This document shows positions 46,163-54,746 of a DNA stretch of 64,000 nt, in pieces; position 1 is the first letter of the stretch, and every line of letters begins with the position of its first letter. The notes under the pieces were generated by a model, which made no database searches, was not told where the DNA came from, and was given only the letters and a program-made list of their open reading frames with translations. The stretch spans positions 761 to 64,760 of IMG/VR virus record IMGVR_UViG_3300020727_000019; one strand, written 5' to 3'. The translations under genes were made by a program, and so were the position numbers. Source of the stretch: a virus. Lineage: Duplodnaviria > Caudoviricetes.

Positions 46163-47065
46163 ATGGCTATTTCACGCGCACAACTATTGAAAGAGTTGCT
46201 CCCAGGTTTGAACGCTTTGTTCGGTCTAGAGTACGCTCGCTACGGCGAAGAACACAAAGAAATCTATGAGACAGAGACTTCTGAGCGTTCTTTTGAAGAA
46301 GAAACCAAATTGTCTGGCTTCTCAGCAGCACCAGTTAAGGGTGAGGGCACTGCCATCTCCTACGACAATGCGCAGGAAGCATGGACAGCTCGCTATAACC
46401 ACGAGACTATCGCTCTTGGCTTTAGCTTGACAGAAGAGGCTATTGAGGACAACCTCTATGACTCTCTATCTGCTCGCTATACCAAAGGCTTGGCCCGTGC
46501 TATGGCTTACACCAAGCAAGTTAAAGCAGCGGCTGTTTTAAATAACGGCTTTAATGCTACTATTGTTGGTGGTGACGGCGTGTCTTTGTTCTCTACGGCT
46601 CACCCCCTAGTGAACGGCGGTACAAATGCTAATACTCCTTCTACCCCTGCTGATTTGAATGAAACTGCGTTGGAAAATGCTGTTATTCAGATCGCTGCTT
46701 GGACAGACGAGCGTGGCCTTTTGATCGCTGCTAGACCCAAGAAGTTGATTGTTCCTCCAGCATTGATGTTCGTTGCAACCCGTTTGCTCGATACAGAATT
46801 GCGTGTTGGTACAAACAACAATGACATTAACGCTCTAAAGAACAATGGTTCAGTGCCTGAAGGCTATACTGTCAACCACTTCTTGACAGCACCTAATGCA
46901 TGGTTCTTGACTACTGACGTACCAAATGGTATGAAACACTTCGAGCGTACACCATTGCAAAACTCAATGGATGGAGATTTTGATACAGGTAACGTACGTT
47001 ATAAAGCTCGTGAGCGTTACAGCTTTGGCTATTCCGATCCTCTCGGAATCTACGGTTCTTACTAA
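46163..47065 (+). CDS. Major capsid protein (Mu gpT-like, HK97 fold)
   Basis: MAISRAQLLKELLPGLNALFG, ETSERSFEEE, KKLIVPPAL, GDFDTGNVRYKARERYSFG. Confidence 0.92.
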   Translation: MAISRAQLLKELLPGLNALFGLEYARYGEEHKEIYETETSERSFEEETKLSGFSAAPVKGEGTAISYDNAQEAWTARYNHETIALGFSLTEEAIEDNLYDSLSARYTKGLARAMAYTKQVKAAAVLNNGFNATIVGGDGVSLFSTAHPLVNGGTNANTPSTPADLNETALENAVIQIAAWTDERGLLIAARPKKLIVPPALMFVATRLLDTELRVGTNNNDINALKNNGSVPEGYTVNHFLTAPNAWFLTTDVPNGMKHFERTPLQNSMDGDFDTGNVRYKARERYSFGYSDPLGIYGSY

Positions 47066-47087
47066 TTTAGTATTAGTTTTAACCTTT

Positions 47088-47112
47088 AAAAAGGCCTTTC
47101 GGGGCCTTTTTT
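47088..47112 (+). terminator. Rho-independent terminator after the MCP
   Basis: AAAAAGGCCT-TTCG-GGGCCTTTTTT. Confidence 0.85.
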
Positions 47113-47192
47113 ATTGGGCGTATTGTACTTATTATCTCGTTATGCGTTACCCGTATCGTAACTTGTTTTCGAAAAGTATTTAGAAAATATAT

Positions 47193-47221
47193 TTGACAAT
47201 CGTCATCCATTGATATATAGT
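47193..47221 (+). promoter_or_regulatory. sigma70 promoter of the inserted endonuclease gene
   Basis: TTGACA-17 nt-TATAGT; AAGGAG RBS before 47246. Confidence 0.75.
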
Positions 47222-47245
47222 TAAGGCTTCTAAAAGGAGTTAACT

Positions 47246-47986
47246 ATGTTTTATGTTTATGTTTATCGTGATCCCCGCCCTCTTAAACTAGGCCAGCCTG
47301 TATACGTAGGTAAAGGTACAGGAGATCGTGACTTATCGCATTGGTCTAGGGGGTCTCATAACAAACCATTTCAAGACTTTATTTCACATTTAAAGCAACG
47401 CAACTTTGTCGCTGTTTGTGAGCGCGTATTTGAAACTGAAAACGAAGAAGAAGCTTTTGCCAAAGAAATGGAGCTTATCAAACTGTACGGGCGGCGAGAT
47501 TTAAAAACAGGAACACTATTTAATTTAACTGATGGTGGCGAAGGCCCAAGCGGGTATATTAAAAGTGATGCAGAAAAAGAAGTTGATAGGCATGGAACAC
47601 TTATAAATTGGCAAAACCCAGAATATCGTGCCAAAGTAATTGCGGCACAAACTAAAGCGCAAAATACCCCAAAAGCGCTTGAATCCAAGTCAATCAACTC
47701 TAAAAAGATGTGGGAAACACAAGGGGACACATTGGCTAAAAATATCAAGGAAGCCCGCAATACAGAAGAGTCCAAAGCTAAAACCAGTGCGCAAGCTAAA
47801 GCTCAGTGGGCTGACCCTGATTATGCTGCTAAACAAACTGCGAACAACAAAGAAATTGCTAACCGTGAAGAGGTTAAAGCCGCTAAGAAAGCCGCAGCTA
47901 AAGCACTATGGGCTAACCCAGTTTGGAAGGCAAAAATGATGGCCGCAAGAAATAACAAAAAACTTCTTGACACGCCCAAGGAATAG
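47246..47986 (+). mobile_element. Free-standing GIY-YIG (Seg-like) homing endonuclease
   Basis: FYVYVY...PVYVGKG..R...H GIY-YIG variant; LFNLTDGGEG; W-x-[DN]-P-x-Y helical repeats; has its own promoter. Confidence 0.8.
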
Positions 47987-47994
47987 TGTATATT
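47967..47994 (+). promoter_or_regulatory. sigma70-type promoter for downstream structural genes
   Basis: TTGACA-16 nt-TATATT. Confidence 0.55.
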
Positions 47995-48002
47995 GAAGGC
48001 TG

Positions 48003-48075
48003 TCTGGGATTTTTTCTCTTGTTGCCAGCCCGCCCAGGGGTCACGATGCAACGATTAACAAGAGACTTTTGCATA
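48003..48075 (+). ncRNA. Candidate pseudoknotted structured RNA (possibly Mu-gpT-DE-like)
   Basis: Three crossing complementary pairs: 48004-08/48033-37, 48015-23/48057-65, 48046-51/48069-74. Confidence 0.45.
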
Positions 48076-48085
48076 AGGAATTATC

Positions 48086-48805
48086 ATGGGACGTAGTACT
48101 TTTGAAGGGCCAATCATATCTGGTGACCAGCGTTTTGGCCCCCTTCGTGATATTGGATATACAGTTTTAGAGCAAGACTGTTATATTGATTTATCAAACA
48201 CAACTCTTGGTACTGCTGGCTACAGCGGTGGTTCAGGACAGTTTGTTTCTTCCAATACCATCCCCAATTTGAACGGTGTTGTCTATACACCCAACTCTAC
48301 TTTTCTAACTACTGGCCCAACAGTACAGACTCTACCTGCTGATACATCTACTCAAGTGTATCGTGGCGTGGTAATGTACTTGCCTATTAATAGCCAAATC
48401 ATCGACATCACTGTTGATTACATTTTGGCTATTACAGGCGAAAGCGGTGCAACACTCAGCAATACCAGCGTGTTTGTGTCTAACAACTATACTGCTGGTG
48501 GCGGCACACCTATTTATGGTACTGCTGTAATCTCATCTAGTACTGGTGTAGGTACTGCTGGGCGTTTGTCCAATACTTTTACTGGTACAAACTTGTTGAA
48601 CATGACTTCTACCACTTCGGATATTCAAAACCCCCAAGTTGGTACACAGCCTAGCTTTTTCTCTCAAGTTGTGTTCACATTGTCCATTACTGGTACAAGT
48701 GTTGCGGCTCCTACTGGCGGCAAATTGAATTTCACTTTGCGCTATGCACAGAACGATCCCAATATCGGTAACTTGACAACTTACCCCTACGGTAACTTTG
48801 ACTGA
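48086..48805 (+). CDS. Structural protein (head fibre/decoration candidate)
   Basis: Beta-rich and Thr/Ser/Gly-rich; N-terminal MGRSTFEGPI. Confidence 0.6.
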   Translation: MGRSTFEGPIISGDQRFGPLRDIGYTVLEQDCYIDLSNTTLGTAGYSGGSGQFVSSNTIPNLNGVVYTPNSTFLTTGPTVQTLPADTSTQVYRGVVMYLPINSQIIDITVDYILAITGESGATLSNTSVFVSNNYTAGGGTPIYGTAVISSSTGVGTAGRLSNTFTGTNLLNMTSTTSDIQNPQVGTQPSFFSQVVFTLSITGTSVAAPTGGKLNFTLRYAQNDPNIGNLTTYPYGNFD

Positions 48806-48811
48806 TCTTCT

Positions 48812-48827
48812 GGGGGCTTCGGCCCCC
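48812..48827 (+). terminator. C(UUCG)G hairpin, weak terminator or RNA stabiliser
   Basis: GGGGGC-TTCG-GCCCCC followed by GTCTTT. Confidence 0.5.
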
Positions 48828-48850
48828 GTCTTTAATTAAGGAGATTATTC

Positions 48851-49627
48851 ATGGCACAAAGTCCAAATGGTGTACCCAGCACGGGCAACATCGTTAATTC
48901 AATTACAAGACAAGCGCTTTACGAACCGTTTGATTTACAGGTTGCGCGTGGCCAAATTTACGGACATAGTGTCCTGAACATTTATGGCTATCAATCAGCA
49001 GTAGGCACATCGTTTGTTCCTGTGTGGGAAGGCAATACCGCCTACACTTTTCCATCGTCTGCAATTCAAATGCACGTTGCTAGTTCTGTTAACAGTGGCG
49101 ATGACAAAACAAATACGTTTGTTCTTATCAATGGGCTGGATGCAAACTACAACCAAATTTCTGAAACTATAAAGTTGAACGGTACAACCGCTGTAACTAC
49201 AGTGAAATATTATTTCCGTATCAACAGCATGGCAGTAACGGCCGGTGCACCTACAGGAAACATCACGCTAAAAGATACAACTGACACTACGTTGTATGCA
49301 GAAATTTTAGCTGGCAATGGCCGCACTTTGATGGGCATCTATACCGTCCCTGCGGGCTATACGTTTTATTTAAGCCGTATTGACATCAATACTAGCTTGA
49401 ATGCTAACCCTGCTGGTTACGCAACGTATCAAAATTACCAAACAACTAACACTGGTGTATCCACTGTTACGATCATTGCTCCGTTTACAAACAACTACCA
49501 TACGCAACGGGTCATGCCCAGAGCTGTGGCGGAAAAAACGGACATCCAATTGCAAGCAAAAGCCAGTACCGGTACTGCGGCCTTAACGGTTTCGCAAGAG
49601 GGCTATTTAATTGCAAACGGTAGTTAA
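48851..49627 (+). CDS. Structural protein, beta-rich
   Basis: LQVARGQI.GH...VWEG...GLDANY...RIN. Confidence 0.6.
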   Translation: MAQSPNGVPSTGNIVNSITRQALYEPFDLQVARGQIYGHSVLNIYGYQSAVGTSFVPVWEGNTAYTFPSSAIQMHVASSVNSGDDKTNTFVLINGLDANYNQISETIKLNGTTAVTTVKYYFRINSMAVTAGAPTGNITLKDTTDTTLYAEILAGNGRTLMGIYTVPAGYTFYLSRIDINTSLNANPAGYATYQNYQTTNTGVSTVTIIAPFTNNYHTQRVMPRAVAEKTDIQLQAKASTGTAALTVSQEGYLIANGS

Positions 49628-49629
49628 TC

Positions 49630-49917
49630 ATGAGTACTCCAGCATGGCAACGCAAAGAAGGGAAGAATCCGAAAGGCGGCTTAAACGCCAAGGGTCGGGC
49701 ATCCGCAAAGAAGGAGGGGATGAATTTAAAGCCTCCACAACCCGAGGGAGGCTCACGCAGAAATTCTTTTTGCGCACGAATGTCGGGGATGAAGAAAAAG
49801 TTGACCTCATCAAAGACAGCAAACGATCCAAACAGTCGGATTAACAAAAGCCTACGGGCTTGGAATTGTGCTGATGGATGCGCAATTCGTGGACTGACTA
49901 AGGGAAAGATGGTTTAA
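49630..49917 (+). CDS. Small basic protein (DUF6321-like)
   Basis: TPAWQRKEGKNPKGGLNAKGRAS...RRNSFCARM...DPNSRINKSLRAWNC. Confidence 0.75.
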   Translation: MSTPAWQRKEGKNPKGGLNAKGRASAKKEGMNLKPPQPEGGSRRNSFCARMSGMKKKLTSSKTANDPNSRINKSLRAWNCADGCAIRGLTKGKMV

Positions 49918-49918
49918 T

Positions 49919-50467
49919 ATGCCAAGTACTAGCAAGAAACAGCACAACTTTATGGAAGCAATTGCCCATAACAAGGCGTTTGCAAAGAAGGTAGGGGTTC
50001 CACAAAAAGTGGGACAAGATTTTAGCAACGCCGATAAAGGCAAACATTTTTCAAGAGGTGGAGATATGGCACACGATAAACACGCACATCATATGAAGAT
50101 GGCTCATCATCATTTAAAAATGGCGATGGGTGGTATGGCCGAGAATTTGATTCCTGTGCCAAAAGAACCAAAAACAGGTAAGCCAACAGGAGGCGGTATT
50201 AAGCATGGCGGCCATATTAAAAAGATGGCTTCTGGCGGTCTTACTGGCAAACATGGCGTTGAAGAAAAACGTGGCATGACCACAGCTAAGATGGGTTCTG
50301 TCAAAGAAGGCGGAATTAAAAAGCATGGCGAACATAGTGTTCAAGAGCGTGGTCATACCAAAGCCATGATGCCCAAAATGAAGGGTAACGACATTGGTAA
50401 TGGCGGTTTATATAACGTCAAAGGCCCAGCCATGAAACGTGGTGGTATGGCTCGTCATAAGAAATAA
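49919..50467 (+). CDS. Basic Lys/His/Met-rich protein with repeated xxxGG motifs
   Basis: MPSTSKKQHNFM start; six GG-motif copies. Confidence 0.75.
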   Translation: MPSTSKKQHNFMEAIAHNKAFAKKVGVPQKVGQDFSNADKGKHFSRGGDMAHDKHAHHMKMAHHHLKMAMGGMAENLIPVPKEPKTGKPTGGGIKHGGHIKKMASGGLTGKHGVEEKRGMTTAKMGSVKEGGIKKHGEHSVQERGHTKAMMPKMKGNDIGNGGLYNVKGPAMKRGGMARHKK

Positions 50468-50477
50468 GGAGTTAGTC

Positions 50478-50681
50478 ATGAAACACCCAGAGCACGAAAA
50501 GCATATTCATCCCGCTGGACATGAGCATCCCCATGAGCATAAACATCACGTTCACCACATGAAAGAACATCATGCAGGCGGACATGTTCATCACCACCAT
50601 CACTATGGTAAACATGCTGCTGGACACCACAAGCACCATGAAATCGTAGAACATTTGCACAAGCATCAAGAATCCAAATAA
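50478..50681 (+). CDS. Histidine-rich small protein (28 His of 67 aa)
   Basis: AAGGAG RBS before the ATG at 50478; in the operon frame with tight spacing. Confidence 0.7.
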   Translation: MKHPEHEKHIHPAGHEHPHEHKHHVHHMKEHHAGGHVHHHHHYGKHAAGHHKHHEIVEHLHKHQESK

Positions 50682-50691
50682 GGAAACTATC

Positions 50692-51084
50692 ATGGCAAAG
50701 CATAAAAAAGCCAAACGATACGAGGAAGGCGGTGACGTTGACAACGAATCGTATATGCACGATACGGAACAACGCAATGTAACAGATGAAGCTCCACAAA
50801 AAATGGAAGCCGCTCCTGTTAAAAAGAAAGCCCCGATTGTTACCAAAGAACAATTAGCTAAATCTGGTTTAAGCTTGCGTGATTACATGAACAAGCAACA
50901 AGGCTTGGATCGTAAACAACCCGCTAACTGGAAGAAAAATGGATTCTATGGTTCCGAAACTGGCGGTGATGCTGCCGTTATGTACCGTAAATCTATGGCT
51001 AAAGGTGGCGTGGCTAAGAGTTCTGCCTCTTCAAGAGCAGATGGTTGCTGCGAGCGTGGTCACACTAAAGGACATATGAGATGA
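50692..51084 (+). CDS. Small basic protein with YEEGG/MAKGG and RADGxxxRGxTKG motifs
   Basis: AAGGAA RBS; shared motifs with neighbours. Confidence 0.75.
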   Translation: MAKHKKAKRYEEGGDVDNESYMHDTEQRNVTDEAPQKMEAAPVKKKAPIVTKEQLAKSGLSLRDYMNKQQGLDRKQPANWKKNGFYGSETGGDAAVMYRKSMAKGGVAKSSASSRADGCCERGHTKGHMR

Positions 51085-51368
51085 TGTCCAGTCGTGGTAT
51101 GGGCGACATCAACCCGTCTAAGATGCCGGGTAAAAAGGTTATTAAACGAAAAGATAACCCTAATGATGTCGCCATGTACAAAAAAGGCGGCAAGGTCAAA
51201 TCAAAAGTAAATGAAGCAAATGCATATACCAAACCCGGTATGCGCAAGTCTTTGTTTGAGTCCATCAAGTCTAGAGCCGTGCAAGGCACAGGAGCTGGTC
51301 AATGGTCTGCTCGTAAAGCACAACTGCTGGCTAAATCTTATAAGGCTAAAGGTGGGGGCTATAAATGA
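51081..51368 (+). CDS. Small basic protein (DUF5872-like)
   Basis: YTKPGMRK...GQWSARKAQLLAKSYKAKGGGY. Confidence 0.75.
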   Translation: MMSSRGMGDINPSKMPGKKVIKRKDNPNDVAMYKKGGKVKSKVNEANAYTKPGMRKSLFESIKSRAVQGTGAGQWSARKAQLLAKSYKAKGGGYK

Positions 51369-51598
51369 AAAACCCGCAACAATCTTTAAAAGATTGGGGT
51401 GATCAAAAATGGCGCACCAAAAGTGGAAAACCATCGAGTAAGACTGGTGAGCGGTATCTTCCTGAGAAAGCAATCAAGTCGTTGACTCCAGCAGAATATG
51501 CTGCAACGACAAAAGCAAAGCGTAAAGGTAAAGCGGCTGGCAAACAGTTTGTTGCCCAGCCAAAAACAATTGCAAAGAAAACCGCAGGGTTTAGATAA
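51365..51598 (+). CDS. Small basic protein (DUF5872-like)
   Basis: QQSLKDWGDQKWRTKSGKPSSKTGERYLPEKAI. Confidence 0.75.
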   Translation: MKNPQQSLKDWGDQKWRTKSGKPSSKTGERYLPEKAIKSLTPAEYAATTKAKRKGKAAGKQFVAQPKTIAKKTAGFR

Positions 51599-52548
51599 TG
51601 GCACAGACATCTGGAGTTTCAGGGTTCAATCTAGACCTCACCGAAATAGTCGAGGAGGCGTATGAGCGCTGCGGTTCAGAATCTAGATCAGGATACAACA
51701 TAAAGACTGCTAGACGGTCTTTAAATTTGTTGTTTGCTGATTGGGCTAATCGTGGCATTAATATGTGGACATTTGAGCAAGACTATATTCCTCTTGTTCA
51801 AGGTCAGAATACCTATGCATTGCCAGACGATACGGTTGATTTGCTTGAGCATGTGGTTCGCACAAATGCTAACTCCGTAAGCAACCAATCCGATCTAACT
51901 ATTACTCGTATTAGTGTTTCTACCTATGCGACTATTCCAAACAAATTAGCCCAAGCAAGGCCAATTCAAGTTTGGGTTCAAAGATTAACAGCCCAAGATT
52001 CCTTAACAGGTAGTTATTTGTATGCAGCTATTGGCGCAACAGATACTACAATCCCAGTAACTTCACTTGTTGGTATACCAAATGCTGGGTTTATTACAAT
52101 TGATTCAGAGCTAATTGGGTTCAATGAAGTTCAAGTAGCTGCTAATGGTAACCCCGCTTATTTGCTAAATTGCAACCGTGGGCAACGGAATACCACTGCG
52201 GCATCCCATAACATAGCCTCCCCTATAACTCTTTCCCAAAAGCCTTGTATAACCGTTTGGCCAACACCTGACGGGTCTACTACCTATCAATTTGTTTACT
52301 GGCGTATGCGCCGTATGCAAGATGCTGGGGGCGGTGTAAATGTTATGGACATACCATTCAGATTTATTACTTGCATGGTAGCTGGATTAGCCTATTACAT
52401 GGCATTAAAACTACCAAATGCAATGGACAGATTACCTGTCCTAAAACAACAATATGATGAAGCTTGGACATTAGCCGCCCAAGAAGATCATGATAAATCC
52501 GCTATTCGATTTGTACCTAGACATATGTACATTGGGGGTGGGATTTAA
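51598..52548 (+). CDS. Head-to-tail adaptor (P22 gp4-like) with inserted beta domain
   Basis: EIVEEAYERCG...ARRSLNLLFADWANRGINMW...WPTPD...IPFRF. Confidence 0.7.
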   Translation: MAQTSGVSGFNLDLTEIVEEAYERCGSESRSGYNIKTARRSLNLLFADWANRGINMWTFEQDYIPLVQGQNTYALPDDTVDLLEHVVRTNANSVSNQSDLTITRISVSTYATIPNKLAQARPIQVWVQRLTAQDSLTGSYLYAAIGATDTTIPVTSLVGIPNAGFITIDSELIGFNEVQVAANGNPAYLLNCNRGQRNTTAASHNIASPITLSQKPCITVWPTPDGSTTYQFVYWRMRRMQDAGGGVNVMDIPFRFITCMVAGLAYYMALKLPNAMDRLPVLKQQYDEAWTLAAQEDHDKSAIRFVPRHMYIGGGI

Positions 52549-52937
52549 TGGCAAATAGGTTCGCATCGGGTAAAAACTCGATTGCCGAGTGTGATCGTTG
52601 TGGGCAAAGGTACATGCTCAAACAATTGAAGATGGAGATCATTAAGACCAAAATCTATCAATTAAAGGTATGTCCTGAATGTTGGGATCCAGATCAGCCC
52701 CAATTGCAATTGGGTATGTATCCAATTGATGATCCACAAGCGGTTATGCAACCTAGGCCAGATTTGAGCTATACCCAATCAGGAGTTACTGCAACAGGGT
52801 CAATTGGCGAAGGTAGCAGAGTATTTCAGTGGGGCTGGAATCCTGTCGGCGGGGCAAGATTATTTGATACGGCTTTAACTGAAAATGATTTGATTTTGCA
52901 AGTACAAGTTGGTACAGTTACAATAGTTACAACGTAG
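52548..52937 (+). CDS. Zinc-finger protein
   Basis: AECDRCG...VCPECWDPDQPQ. Confidence 0.7.
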   Translation: MANRFASGKNSIAECDRCGQRYMLKQLKMEIIKTKIYQLKVCPECWDPDQPQLQLGMYPIDDPQAVMQPRPDLSYTQSGVTATGSIGEGSRVFQWGWNPVGGARLFDTALTENDLILQVQVGTVTIVTT

Positions 52938-52946
52938 GAGTTTAGA

Positions 52947-53165
52947 ATGAAGCACGATGATATCAAAGAGGACAAAAAGCTGATTAAGAAGGCTTTTTCT
53001 ATGCACGATAAACAGGAACATCCCGGCAAGCACACCAACCTATCCAATCTTAAAAAGGGCGGCAAGGTTCACAAAATGAAACAGGGTGGCCCAACAGGTA
53101 AAGATATGCGTGCAGTAGGCCGCAATTTAGCCCGTGCCCATAATCAAAAACCTGGGAGCAAATAA
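52947..53165 (+). CDS. Small basic protein with LKKGG/MKQGG motifs
   Basis: GGAG RBS; HDKQEHPGK. Confidence 0.7.
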   Translation: MKHDDIKEDKKLIKKAFSMHDKQEHPGKHTNLSNLKKGGKVHKMKQGGPTGKDMRAVGRNLARAHNQKPGSK

Positions 53166-53440
53166 TGAAACCAACTAAAAAAGATAGCCCTGCTATTCAA
53201 CGTGGCGCTAATCGAGATAATCGCCCTGCTGATGAATATGCAGCACCTCATGACATGAAAGGTAGATCTGTAAACATTGCAGATGCTGGTACAGCGCCTG
53301 AGTTCGAAAAGAAAAAGAACTGGGTTCCTTTGATGGGCGTGTCCATTACGATGGATGATCGTGTTGAGACAGATGGTATTAAGATTCGTGGTACAGGTGC
53401 AGCCACTAAAGGTGTGATGGCAAGAGGCCCAATGGCATGA
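53165..53440 (+). CDS. Small protein with GIKIRGTGAATKG motif
   Basis: Translationally coupled. Confidence 0.7.
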   Translation: MKPTKKDSPAIQRGANRDNRPADEYAAPHDMKGRSVNIADAGTAPEFEKKKNWVPLMGVSITMDDRVETDGIKIRGTGAATKGVMARGPMA

Positions 53441-54306
53441 ATTACACTCAGCTTAAACAACTGATACAGGATTACACACAGAATTACGAAACTACTTTCG
53501 TAAATGATATTCCTACGTTTGTTGAACAAGCTGAACAACGCATCTATAACACAGTTCAATTCCCATCATTACGCAAAAATGTAACGGGAACTATTACTCC
53601 TTACAACCAATATTTGTCTTCTCCTAACGATTTTTTGGCCTCATATTCATTGGCTGTATATACAACCGCTTCCACAACAGCCACAGGTTCTGCTGGTACG
53701 TTGCTTATTACGGTGGCCAGCAATTCAGGGATTGTTTTGGGTCAGTTGGCACAAGGCACAGGAATTGCCCCTAATTCCTATGTAATTAATATTTCTGGAA
53801 CAAGTATTACTTTATCAGTTCCAAATACTGGCACTGTGTCGGGAACTGTGACGTTCCAAGGGCAGTTTCAATATTTGCTGAATAAAGATGTTAACTACAT
53901 TCGTGAAGCATATGGATTTCCTAACTCCTACGGAACGCCAAAATACTATGCTTTGTTCGGGCCAACAGTAGCGAGCGGGGCAATCACCAATGAATTGTCT
54001 TTCATACTGGGCCCCACTCCTGACACTGCTTATACCGCTGAGTTGCATTATTACTATTACCCAGTTTCGATCTCTGATACCGTTAACAACCCAAGTGGTA
54101 CTTCTTGGCTTGGGGACAACTTTGATACCGTGCTTTTGTATGGCTCTCTTGTTGAGGCTTATACCTTTATGAAAGGTGAAGCTGATATGGTAGCCTTATA
54201 TGAGAAAAGATATACAGAAGCATTAGCTCTAGCTAAACGTCTTGGCGATGGTATGGAGCGTCAAGATGCGTACCGTTCTGGTCAATTTAGACAGGCGGTC
54301 ACATGA
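53437..54306 (+). CDS. Tail tubular/adaptor protein (T7 gp11 / P22 gp4-like) with inserted beta domain
   Basis: MNYTQLKQLIQDY...FVEQAEQRIY...GPTPD..Y..ELHYYY...LLYGSLVEAY. Confidence 0.75.
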   Translation: MNYTQLKQLIQDYTQNYETTFVNDIPTFVEQAEQRIYNTVQFPSLRKNVTGTITPYNQYLSSPNDFLASYSLAVYTTASTTATGSAGTLLITVASNSGIVLGQLAQGTGIAPNSYVINISGTSITLSVPNTGTVSGTVTFQGQFQYLLNKDVNYIREAYGFPNSYGTPKYYALFGPTVASGAITNELSFILGPTPDTAYTAELHYYYYPVSISDTVNNPSGTSWLGDNFDTVLLYGSLVEAYTFMKGEADMVALYEKRYTEALALAKRLGDGMERQDAYRSGQFRQAVT

Positions 54307-54746
54307 GCTTAGTTCAAACGGCTACTACCAGTTTCAAAGTTCAACTGGCTCAAGGTTTGCACAACTTTGGGCCTACTAGTCCCAATACGTTTTATATTGC
54401 ATTGTTCAACTCTACCGCTAGTCTCAATGCGGCTACAACACAGTACTCAACAGCTTTAGTTGGAGAAGTTCCAACTGGCAACGGTTATACACAAGGCGGG
54501 CAAATACTGACCATCACACAGACGCCAACTTCTGGTACATCAGGAACCACGGCGTATTGGTCATTTGCTAATGTTGTTTGGAACCCAGCCTCGTTTACAG
54601 CTCGTGGCGCTCTGATTTACAATTCTAGTCAAAATAACGCATCTGTTGCGGTATTAGATTTTGGTGCAGACAAAACCTGTGTTAATTCTTTCACGATTCA
54701 ATTCCCAACATCCACTAACACAACCGCAATACTGAGGATAGCATGA
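54303..54746 (+). CDS. Tail structural protein (paralog of 54945..55430)
   Basis: TSFK..L..G.HNF...FYIALF...GYTQGG...ARGALIYN...AVLDFG. Confidence 0.7.
   Translation: MSLVQTATTSFKVQLAQGLHNFGPTSPNTFYIALFNSTASLNAATTQYSTALVGEVPTGNGYTQGGQILTITQTPTSGTSGTTAYWSFANVVWNPASFTARGALIYNSSQNNASVAVLDFGADKTCVNSFTIQFPTSTNTTAILRIA

Noticed and set aside
48003-48075. Canonical HDV-like/theta ribozyme
   Set aside because: The P1/P2 crossing and the GG after P1 are suggestive, but there is too little room for a standard P3/L3, and no properly placed catalytic C in a short J4/2. Kept only as a generic pseudoknot candidate.
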